NCBI GenBank assembly: GCA_002269645.1
Contig: NIVC01000948.1
Span: 62,001-126,000, forward strand
Direction: 5' to 3'
Length of the DNA: 64,000 nt
Source of the DNA: Macrostomum lignano
Taxonomy: Eukaryota
Part shown: one piece after another, positions 54,061 to 64,000 of the stretch
How the letters are laid out: the number at the start of each line of letters is the position of its first letter
Numbering within the stretch: the first letter of the stretch is position 1
Translations under genes and position numbers: made by a program
The notes under the pieces: model-generated
Database searches by the model: none
The model's input: only the letters and a program-made list of their open reading frames with translations
Told to the model about the DNA's origin: nothing

Positions 54061-57000
54061 AACTTTTTCTACGCGAACGACACGAGCAGCCTGCCAGCCT
54101 ATCCGACGCTCGACCACCCGGGAGCCGTCAAGTCCGCCATCCTGATGCTCATCTTCACATTCTCCCTGGCCAGCAACCTGCGCGCACTCCGCCAGGCCGG
54201 CTCGCCGGCCCCGGGGACGCCTGACACCAGCCTCCGCCTGCTGCTGCTGAACCTCATCGTGGCCGACCTGATGGTCACAGGCTTCTGTCAGTTTGGTAGC
54301 GCGGCCTGGATGCTCAGCGTGGAGTTCCACGGCGGCAACGCGCTGTGCCGGCTGTTCAAGTTCAGCCAGGCGGCTTCGCTCAACTGCAGCACCTACATCA
54401 CGCTGGTAATTGCTGTCAGCCGGGCCGGCGGGCTCCTCCTGCCATGGCGCTGGCAGCGACGCCGACGCCGACGCCGTCTAGGAGGTCTCCTCGTCGCGGC
54501 GTGGACCGCCGGATTGGCTGTCAGCGTGCCTCAGGTAGGATATCGTCCAATTTGTTTGGCATTATCGACTGTCTAGTAACGTCACGTACTTTGAAATACG
54601 TCATCGATCGTGTTGGATGACGTCATAGGTCGTCGGTCGTCTCGGATTAAGGCATGGCGCAAAATTTTATGTGTGACTAATAGCTTTTTTGGCATCATCA
54701 AACGTTAAATGACGTCATTGACCACTTATTTTTGACATCTCTGAAAATTATGATACTTCATTGACTTTGCATACCAACTACGAATTTTACTATTCAATCG
54801 TTCAAGGTGCTTGGAGACAGGCGTAATTTGTCATTTGACATGAGACTTATGCTAAAAAACCTAAACCCTGTAGCTGTTCCTATTTGGCGTTGCTCGGGGT
54901 CCCTGGTCGCGGAGCTTCCACCAGTGCGTCTCCATTGAGTTGCGCCCGATGCCGCCACCCATAGCGGACCACGCGGACCAAATCGTGCTGGGCTGCATGC
55001 TGTTCAACCTGACCAGCCAGTTCCTACTGCCGGCCACCTGCATGTCCGTCTGCTACGCGCTCATTCTCATCCGCATCGTCAAGCACTCCAGGCAGCTGGG
55101 TAAGTCTCCATCACCCATGTACTGAGCCAAAGAGTTCTTGAAAGGGAATGCAGAGCATTATACCCTTAAATTCCATAGATTCTGACTGTAGACGAGTCTG
55201 ACTGCAGTTCTCAGTTCACGCACTGTGCTCACAAATTAGTCAGTGCTTATTTCACGAATTTTAACATTATCATAGCTCACGTGTCGTCGAACAAAGTGAA
55301 ATTGATGCAACAGGTGGCGCAACAGAGGTCGGTACGATCTTGAAGGCGGCGAGCAACACGGAGCAGGCCGTTTTGTTTTTCTGAAATCAATCACATGACT
55401 AGATAGATAGGGACAACTAATTTTTAGTATAGTGGATGTCACAATCGATGACGTCTTTCAAAGTTATGACGCAGTTGATAGTGCCAAACAAACTATACGA
55501 TGTCTTACCTGAGGCACGCTGACAGCAAATCCGGCGGTTTACGCCGCGACGTGGAGAAACTTGCCTATCTGCTTTGTGAGAAACTGAGAAACTGCAGTCA
55601 GCCTCATCATGTTCGAGGCCTGACTGGAAAGTGATAACAAATGTCATCAATATTCAACTGCTTGAAAGCTTGGGTGCCTGGAGGAAAAGAAACGGAGGCT
55701 CAATTGTTTGCAAAAAAAAGTAATTTCCTCTCGACTGAGACAACCCTTCGAAGTGAAATAGAAAAAAATCTGAAAATAAACATATCAGCAGCAGAAGCCC
55801 CCCCCCCCCTCCCAGCAATGAATTCCCTTTTAATCCCGGACGTTCAGTGCACTCCAATTTATTTTCAATCTGCCGTTGTAGCAGAGGTTGTAAGTCGAGA
55901 ACTCGCGGAAAGTCAGCCAAAATAAGTTTTTTTCCGAGTGGATTCCTTCTTTCTTCTGTGTGCCATTTCTCTGAAAGGAACGGATTATGCAAGTCCGAGC
56001 AGAGGTTCTGGCTATCGTATGAGTTACAATTGTGAGGTTTGCGTGTGAGGTTGGACCTTCGTGCTTGTGTTTGTTATTTTATTCCTTTATTTGGTCATGT
56101 GCTCTCTTAACGTGTGGCTCTGTATATTTTAACCTCTGCCCGTCGGGGGTGAGTCGTTTTTATTCTAATCGTTATTCTAAATAATTACTGCACTTAATGA
56201 GAAAGAGATTGTTGCGCTGGCTGAAAAAGATAATTTTAATTTGGGGTTGCTTGATATCTGGGGGGGGGGGGGGGCTATCTGGAGGATATTTGCTATCGTG
56301 GTATGCTTGCTCTCGGGGGGGGGGGGTGCTTGCTACCTGATGGGGGCAATGCTTACTATTAAGTGTTTGCTATCGGGGAGGGGAGAGGAGGTACTTGCTA
56401 TCTAGAGTTGCTTGCTATATGGGGGTTGCTTGCTGTCTTTGCGAAGGCTTTATTTTTTTGTCCCTCTGTTACTTTTTGAAAAAAGGGATTCATGGTCTGT
56501 GACAAGTTTACTCGAATAAACTGAAAAAGGAATTGGTTCTTAAGAAAATGTGCTTTTTAATGAATTTGGATGAATATTTTTTGCTCCTTGCTTATTGCAA
56601 GGGGGGCACTAGATTGCTAGTCGTTATTCTATTGCTGAAAATTCATAAATTTAATGCCATATCTATCATCAATGCCAAATATACTTCGTTTACTTTGTCC
56701 TTCATTCTCCGGCTCCACAGTGGTGGCAGCGAGAACCCAATGCTAGTGCACTAATGGCCCAGAACGCACTTTTTAGTGGCACGGACGGCACTGACGTGAG
56801 AATATGAGTATTGAAGTATCTTCGAAGAATGATGCGAAATGAGACGACGAGACTTCAGCGTCGAAATTGAAGTTTCTGCTTACTGGAGAGGCCCAGCTGG
56901 TCGTCTGAGACCTGGACGAGACAAGAAGAGCTTCAAGAGCATCAAAGAGGACCTCACAAAGTTTTATGGAGGCGAATCCGACAGCTTCAAGTCTATAAGT

Positions 57001-60000
57001 GACTTCTATTTGAGAAAGCCTGTAGACACCGAGACTCTTCGTGAGCTCTGTTTCAACCTTAAGCTGCTTCATCAGAAGGTGAGACCGAAGGATTCTGTAA
57101 ATAAGCGAGACCGAGACGTGCGCTTTCAGCTTGCGTAGCTACTCAAGACTGACATCCGTGATGTCCTACTCAAGGCAGAGGACGCAGAGACCTGCAGCTT
57201 AGGAGACTCTGCTGCAGCGGGCGTCTCGGCTCGAGGAGCTGTCGAGGCGACAGTCGGTTGCGGCAGTCGGTGCCATCAGCGCTACTTCAGCAGACAGACC
57301 GTCCGAAGATCGCTTCGACCGACTCAAGAGGCGCATGGAGGAACTCATCACAAGGGTCAGTGTGCAGCCAGGGACAGACACTAGACATCCCCGCCCGGAT
57401 CGAGGAGGCGCCTGCTTCAACTGCGGCCAACTCGGACACCGCGCAGCTCAATGTCAGCAGCGTCAGAAACAGCCGGACCCGATCATCTGCAACAAGTGCT
57501 CGGGGCGAAGGCACAAGGCCTCTGTCTGCCTATCCAAGGCTGAAACTTTTAAAGGTTGGTGCAATGGGTGCGGGACCTACACTAACCCCCAGGAGCAATA
57601 TCGTGCTTCACCTGATTTTTATCCCAGGAGAGGCAAATAGCAAGCCAGGTGGCTGCTGGACACTGGAGCGCAGACCTCGCTGATCAGCCAGCAACTCGAC
57701 TAGCAACCTGATGATCGTCAGAAAGAAAATAACGACATCCGTGAAGGACGTCCATCCGCTGCCGCATTTGCATCAGGGTTTCGATCCCTTGGCTGGCTGC
57801 TCTTGGTTCTCCACGAATGCGCCAAGGCTTCCTTCAAGTGGAGATCAGAGAGGAGGATCGGCCGTTGATGGCGTTCTACACACCGAGTGGCCTGATGCAA
57901 TTCTAAAAATGGGCTTCGGTATGTGAATGATGGAGCTCATCATGACCGGCCTGAGCTGGGAAGAAGTCATTGCGTACATGATGATCTGATCATTTTCAAT
58001 AAGGATTTTGAAAGCTACATTGAGTCAGCTCTGTGCACAGTTCCACAGGCGAGTCGCCATACAAGGTACTGCGAGGCTTGAAGCCCAGACTGCCGGTCGA
58101 TTTAGCGCGTTTGGTGAGCGAGGAGCGAGACCAGCGCGACCTGTCGCAGGACTGAGCGTATCTGCAGCGAGAATCCGGGTGGGTCTTCCAGATGGTGTGA
58201 GTGCTCTACTAGCACGCTGCTCAGTTACAGCACGAGTTTCACAACCAAGGAGCTGAAACGATCGAGTTCAAGATCGGCGACCGATAGTGATGCTGACGCA
58301 CCAGGCGATGAAGTGCGGACAGTGCAAGACGCTTTCGAACCGATGGTCCAGAAGGTCGGCCCAGTGAACTACCGGCTGCAAGCTGTGAACGGCAGGCATC
58401 GACTGCTGGCCCACAATAGCCGGATGAAGCCGTTTATCGACCGGCAAGGGCCGATCGGCGGGCCGACAACCGAGACAGAACCTGTCGGGGAACTACAAAG
58501 CGACGCGGGCACCGCAGTCCAGTCAGTGGGGCCGGACGCCTGGGAGCAGCTGCGCGATCCCGTCGCGATCGAACCGGACTGTTTGCTGAGGGTCGTCTTG
58601 ACTGAATTTTTTCTTGCTTCTAGACTTAAGAAAACTCATTCCGAATCTTTTTTGTTGCTTTTTTCTTTTTTCCCTTGTCCTTTTCTTGGGGAAGAGTAGT
58701 CTGAGGTTTACGTGTGAATATTGTGTTCATGCTCGTGTTTGTTACAAGACCACTAGAAGTTACCCTTCGAACTCGGCGTTATGTCGACTGTCTGCTGGCT
58801 GACGCCGGCGCCCCGGACACTGCCGGTGGCGCGGCCTTTGTTCGCGCCCAAGCCATGAAGCGCGCCCTGTGACGCTGACTTTTGCCATCCTGACAGGGTA
58901 TTTTGTTGTTGTTGTTTCTGTTTCTTGGTTTGTTATTTTATTCCTTTATTTGGTCACGTGCTCTTTGTACGAGTGGCTCTGTGCATTTTAACCTCTGCCA
59001 ACTATCGATAATTATTGCCAAATGTATTTCGTTTACTTTGACCTTCATTCTCAGGTCCTACACAATCTTAGCCGTGACCTTTCTGTGTACTTCAGTAAAA
59101 AAAGCTGCGTGATGGATTCACCAGAGAAAAAGAGAGCGGACAAGCAGCACTGGAAAAACCACTAATTTTCCGAGTCAGCACCCAGATCTTAAGTTGCTGG
59201 ACCAGCCTCCCAGATCCTCAGTTGCTGGACCAGCCTCCCAGATCCTCAGTTGCTGGACCAGCCTCCCAGATCCTCAGTTGCTGGACCAGCCTCCCAGATC
59301 CTCAGTTGCTGGACCGGCCTCCCAGATCCTCAGTTGCTGGACCAGCCTCCCAGATCCTCAGTTGCTGGACCAGCCTCCCAGATCCTCAGTTGCTGGACCA
59401 GCCTCCCAGATCCCCAGTTGCTGGGTCAGCCTCCCAGATTTTCAGTTGCTGGGCCAGGCTCCCAGATCCTCAGCCTCCCAGATCTTCAGTTGCTGGGCCT
59501 GGCTCCCAGATCCTCAGCCTCCCAGATCTTCAGTTGCTGAGCCAGGCTCCCAGATCCTCAGCCTCCCAGATCTTCAGTTGCTGGGCCTGGCTCCCAGATC
59601 CTTAGTTGCTGGGCCAGCCTCCTAGGTCCTCAGTTGCTGGACCAGTCTCCTGGTATTTTTATACTTTCTCCATTTTTTGATTTTTTATGCTGGATGCATT
59701 ACTTGTACTTAAACATGAGGTTTTCAGCCTTTCTATTTCTTATTACTATACTGACAATATCTCATATTCTGAGCTTTCGAATCGAAAGCGAAGCCAGCGC
59801 GCACTCTGTTCCAGGTTGATTCACCAGATTGTCCAGCTAATTTTCTAAACCCGCAACCGAAAAACAGTAAAAAAACTAATTTTTCAAGACTAAAATCCAT
59901 TTTTTTGCTTTTGTGTCTTTTCTAGAATGATTCTTCTGAGTAAAAGATTCTTTGTGAACCTCCCCGCAGACTCAGCCGTCGAGGTCGCTGGAAGGTCGTC

Positions 60001-60442
60001 TCAGCCGGGGGGCGCCGGGGCCAGCGACCCAGGCCAGACGCTCTGCCACTGCGCCCCCAGCCGCATGGCTCAGCAACGCTCGCTGCTGGCCCGCGCCCGG
60101 GTGTCAGCCAGCCGAATGTTCTCAACCATCGTGCTGGCGTTCGTCCTGCTGTGGCTGCCCTACTGGATTCTGTACGCCACCGCCTGCGCCAACCGGCTGA
60201 GCGGCGGGCAGCACGAGGCGGCCATGGATTTCATGTCGCACGGCATGTTCTTCTTCGGCATGTGCGTCAGCGCCATCAACCCCGTCATCTACGGCGCCTA
60301 CAGCAGGCGCGATGAAAGCAATCATTGGCAGTGGGCTCGTCGGGACCCTCGAAATCCACAGGAGCCCCAAATTCCTCTGGAGCCCCAGATGTTTCGCGAG
60401 CTTCAGGAACCTCAGGAGCCACATGAGCTTTTGGAGTCCTAA
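54061..60442 (+). CDS. Rhodopsin-class peptide GPCR, GnRH/AKH/corazonin receptor superfamily
   Basis: Exons 54061-54534, 54874-55099, 59970-60442 (390 aa from the acceptor). Seven hydrophobic segments: TM2 LLLNLIVADLMVT, ECL1 VEFHGGNALCRLFKF, VPQ|LFLF..FHQCVS, TM6 FVLLWLPYW, TM7 INPVIYGAY. Start codon unresolved. Confidence 0.85.
55440..55557 (-). pseudogene. Inverted partial duplicate of the GPCR exon 1 3' end, donor and start of intron 1
   Basis: Its reverse complement aligns to 54486-54612 (CGTCGCGGCGT..ACCGCCGGATT.GCTGTCAGCGTGCCTCAG|GTA.GA.ATCGT..TTTGTTTGGCA). The TGG codon is now TAA. Confidence 0.8.
56031..59062 (+). mobile_element. Internally deleted Ty3/Gypsy LTR retrotransposon in GPCR intron 2
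   Basis: LTRs 56031-56719 and ~58700-59062 (TGTGAGGTTT...CA). CAAT on both flanks (56027-30, 59063-66). PBS TGGTGGCAGCG at 56721-31, purine tract GGGGAAGAG before the 3' LTR. Gag zinc knuckles CFNCGQLGHRAAQC and CNKCSGRRHKASVC (57335-57640), frameshifted RT remnant (GLSWEEVIAY-DDLIIF), integrase C-terminal remnant (VGPVNYRL..HNSRMKPF). Confidence 0.9.
59190..59645 (+). repeat. 28-bp minisatellite AGTTGCTGGACCAGCCTCCCAGATCCTC
   Basis: About 16 units and part-units in GPCR intron 2. Confidence 0.94.
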
Positions 60443-60819
60443 TGCGACTCAGGTTCCTTAGGAGCTTTAGCAACTTTAGGAGTCTCAAGGCTTCTCATGT
60501 AACACAGAAGCCGCAGAAGCTTCAGGAGTCCTGAAGCGACTCAAGAACATCAGTAACCTCATGAAACTTCATGAGTCATCAAGATTTAATGTATGAAAAT
60601 CGATGTTGGAAGCTTGAGTTCGACGCTATAGAGCTTTTGGTGTGTTTGTACGTCTCCTCATGTTTTAAAAAACAATTTGATTGTCAGTGAGTGCTCGTGC
60701 AGACAGAATTGTCACAGTACATTGTTTTTGTAATTTCAAGTGTAGTTTTGTATTATTACATAGTTTTCTGTTTAAATTGCTTTTCAAGCATACTCTACAA
60801 TGATGATGAGCATTTATTG

Positions 60820-61490
60820 AAGATGGATCTGGGAGGCTGGCCCAGCAACTGAGGATCTGGGAGGCTGGCCCAGCGACTGAGGATCTGGGAGGCTGGCACA
60901 GCGACTGAGGATCTGGGAGGCTGGCCCAGCAACTGAGGATCTGGGAGGCTGGCCCAGCAACTGAGGATCTGGGAGGCTGGCCCAGCGACTGAGGATCTGG
61001 GAGGCTGGCCCAGCGACTGAGGATCTGGGAGGCTGGCCCAGCAACTGAGGATCTGGGAGGCTGGCCCAGTAACTGAGGATCTGGGAGGCTGGCCCAGCAA
61101 CTGAGGATCTGGGAGGCTGGCCCAGCAACTGAGGATCTGGGAGGCTGGCCCAGCAACTGAGGATCTGGGAGGCTGGCCCAGCAACTGAGGATCTGGGAGG
61201 CTGGCCCAGCAACTGAGGATCTGGGAGGCTGGCCCAGCAACTGAGGATCTGGGAGGCTGGCCCAGCAACTGAGGATCTGGGAGGCTGGCCCAGCAACTGA
61301 GGATCTGGGAGGCTGGCCCAGCAACTGAAGATCTGGGAGGCTGGCCCAGCGACTGAGGATCTGGGAGGCTGGCCCAGCGACTGAGGATCTGGGAGGCTGG
61401 CATAGCTGCTGAGGATCTGGGAGGCTAACCCAGCAAATGACACTCTGGGCGGCTGGCACAGTAACTGAAAATCTGGTAGGCTGGCCCAGC
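60820..61490 (-). repeat. Same 28-bp family in inverted orientation, downstream of the GPCR stop
   Basis: GAGGATCTGGGAGGCTGGCCCAGCAACT, about 23 units. Confidence 0.94.
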
Positions 61491-61861
61491 GGCTAGGGAT
61501 ATGCAAGGTGACAGAAAGTAATGAAAATATAACACGGGCTTTATTCTTTTTTGCTTGACAAAGGATCTGTTGATGAGTTAATTTGAGTGGCTTATATTTA
61601 CTTTCAATCTTCAACTGTCAGTTATTCCGTCTATAGAACGGATCTGATGGCAGATTCGGGGATCAATTCGAGAGATTACCGACTCTCCTTTGCCTGAAGC
61701 AGTCCGTCCGTGAATTTCAAGCAGCTTGCAGTCCAACATCGTGTCGGGTAGATCAAAAGCAGACAAAATAATTTTTCGAAATAACACCAAAGAGATTCAA
61801 TTTCTTTTCGAATGACGAGTAAATTTCTTCAACGAAGCGTGCAGATGCTTTTTTCCCAGGT

Positions 61862-61930
61862 GAGCCAAGCTCAGCGGTGCCGGTGAAAGCGTCTGGCACT
61901 CGCTTCATGACCCCTGGTTCGATTCCGTAC
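61862..61930 (+). mobile_element. tRNA-like (SINE head) sequence
   Basis: AGCTCAGCGGTG and GACCCCTGGTTCGATTCC pol III box-like motifs; not a canonical tRNA. Confidence 0.35.
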
Positions 61931-62592
61931 GCTTCCATTTGAGGCTTGTGCACGGAAATTGGATGAGGGTTGACGTGCGATTCACGCGCCAATGAGGGCC
62001 ACCCCTCCCCCCCCCCAAGGCACCGGGAGTGTACATTCCTGACGATCAGAAAGTCAGGGCCGTTGTGCACCCTGTTTGAGACTTTATTTGCAAGAGTCTT
62101 TCTCAAGATTTCGTCTTGAAAGTCATACAGACTTCTTGTCCCACCCAAGCCTCAGGACCATGAGCCTTACCTGTACACTATGCTGGATTTCCCTTTCTCG
62201 AACTCTTCAAACTGAGTCAGATGTTCAATCATCAAAATACACATATTCGAGCTCTAGTTCACTAGGTAACACTAAAATTTTGTCAAGTATATTAACTCAG
62301 TAATACAAGAATTAGCTGATCCTATTATATCTCGGTTGACTTTTGCATATCCTTGCTACTGCAAGTAAAATATATGCATATAGCTACATGTATATTTGTG
62401 CTTCACCTAAAAATCTGGGACCCTTTTTGGGACTTTTTGTATCTTAGAAATCCTTCGATGGCAGCAATCCTTCAGCGGACCTGCAAGCATTAGTCTATGG
62501 CAATAACTTATTTAATTTTTATATTATCCATTGCATCATATGGGCTTTAGCCTCAGAGTATTCTTAAAAAAAGTCGTCTGGAGAGCAATACG

Positions 62593-62955
62593 GCCTCTGG
62601 TGCTGGCGCCTCTGGTGCTGGCGCCTCTGGTGCTGGCGCCTCTGGTGCTGGCGCCTCTGGTGCTGGCGCCTCTGGTGCTGGCGCCTCTGGTGCTGGCGCC
62701 TCTGGTGCTGGCGCCTCTGGTGCTGGCGCCTCTGGTGCTGGCGCCTCTGGTGCTGGCGCCTCTGGTGCTGGCGCCTCTGGTGCTGGCGCCTCTGGTGCTG
62801 GCGCCTCTGGTGCTGGCGCCTCTGGTGCTGGCGCCTCTGGTGCTGGCGCCTCTGGTGCTGGCGCCTCTGGTGCTGGCGCCTCTGGTGCTGGCGCCTCTGG
62901 TGCTGGCGCCTCTGGTGCTGGCGCCTCTGGTGCTGGCGCCTCTGGTGCTGGCGCC
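62593..62955. repeat. Second perfect CTGGCGCCTCTGGTG array
   Basis: About 24 units identical to those at 48254-49017. Confidence 0.98.
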
Positions 62956-64000
62956 GTATGAAGCTTAACCTCTGTGCCGAATGAAGTTAGTCGAAGGGTA
63001 AATCTGCTGCAGTGTGAATATTCTGAATAAAGTTTGCTAAATTGAAATTCTTTATGTAGAATACAACAGCTAAATACGATCGAGTATACTGCTTCGTAAT
63101 ATCCCATTCAAGATGGAGTGCCATATTCAATTCTGGAAACATTGGATCTAGGTAGGCACATGAACCTCGCTTTGCATGACGCAGTTGGAGGGTCAGGGTC
63201 TGGTAAAGGTTAGCTTGACAAAAATTATCGAGTTAATTTATCTGAAAATCGATAAGTCTTCCAGCATCGTGAACTTTAACTGAGTCTTGTTACAGCCTGA
63301 ACGTTAGCACAAGCATAATTGGGCAAACAATTATCTTCGCTAGTAGGGCTGGATGGGTGCTGAGTCAGCCAGGTCATAAAATTCATATCGCTGCCCTGAT
63401 TTCGCACTTAGAATCGGGGTGGGGGTGCCTGGGTTTTTGATCTTTCAGTCGGCGCTACGACCGAGGGAGGGCTTTGATCACGTAATGACACACCTCACCC
63501 AGCCGCGGCGCCCTAATGGCGATGCACTTTAACTCTCGGTCTCTGGAATTCAATCGGAGCCATACAGCCCCGCAGTCTGCACGCACCTCTGAATGCGCAA
63601 CAGCTTTGAGACGCAATCAGGCTGATTGTATCATGCTTGCAGATCACAGCGCCAGGGGCGAGAAGCTCTACACATAGGTAGTCCCGCGTGCAGCCAATCA
63701 GAATTGAGCTGGCTGATTCAGAACCCCCGCTGTGCCGTGAGCCGATTAGATCACCGTGATTTACCTGGCCTCTCCTCAGGTGGGGTGGTTGGCTCATTTT
63801 GGCTATAAAAATAACTGAATTTTTGCAGTCGCGTTCTACTCTTAACAATTTCTACACAGATTGCAGAGGCCATCTTCACTGATATTCCGGTTGCCCCAGA
63901 GTTGCTCTCTTCTCTCTCTCTATCTCTCGCTCTCGCAGAGTTTATTCCCAATGGAGCTTCAACAGCAGGTGCATCAGCCGCAGGTGTCCGACTTTGCCGA

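Noticed and set aside
63513-63951. Gene fragment at the right edge
   Set aside because: Short ORFs with no recognisable homology; cannot be supported.

Overview
Eukaryotic (animal) genomic DNA. It has GC-rich, Ala/Gln-rich exons separated by spliceosomal introns, many of them filled with young tandem repeats. This style fits a free-living flatworm such as Macrostomum, which is an inference from sequence style and not shown directly. I rebuilt six spliced genes by hand with phase-consistent splice sites: (1) an otoferlin-like type II ferlin (minus, ATG 18682, 24 exons, running off the left edge); (2) Dbf4 (plus); (3) an ARIH1-type RBR E3 ligase (plus); (4) a furin-like convertase (minus, 10 exons); (5) a lysyl oxidase-like protein with two SRCR domains (plus); (6) a GnRH/AKH-receptor-family GPCR (plus). 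Mobile DNA: a deleted Gypsy LTR element (4-bp TSD, tRNA-Leu PBS), a P-element-like element with a THAP relic, an RNase H-bearing LINE 3' fragment, three CORE-type tRNA SINEs and several foldback/MITE-like elements. About 30 micro- and minisatellite arrays explain most of the low-complexity ORFs in the track. Best leads: (a) Dbf4 and the GPCR lack an in-frame ATG, and both of them and LOXL begin at a phase-0 3' splice acceptor, as expected if the flatworm spliced leader supplies the start AUG; (b) the furin ends in a GPI-signal-like tail with no cytosolic domain; (c) an inverted copy of the GPCR's own donor region flanks exon 2; (d) some intronic arrays are made of splice-site mimics, and some share cores or sit in foldback arms. 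No databases or folding tools were run.
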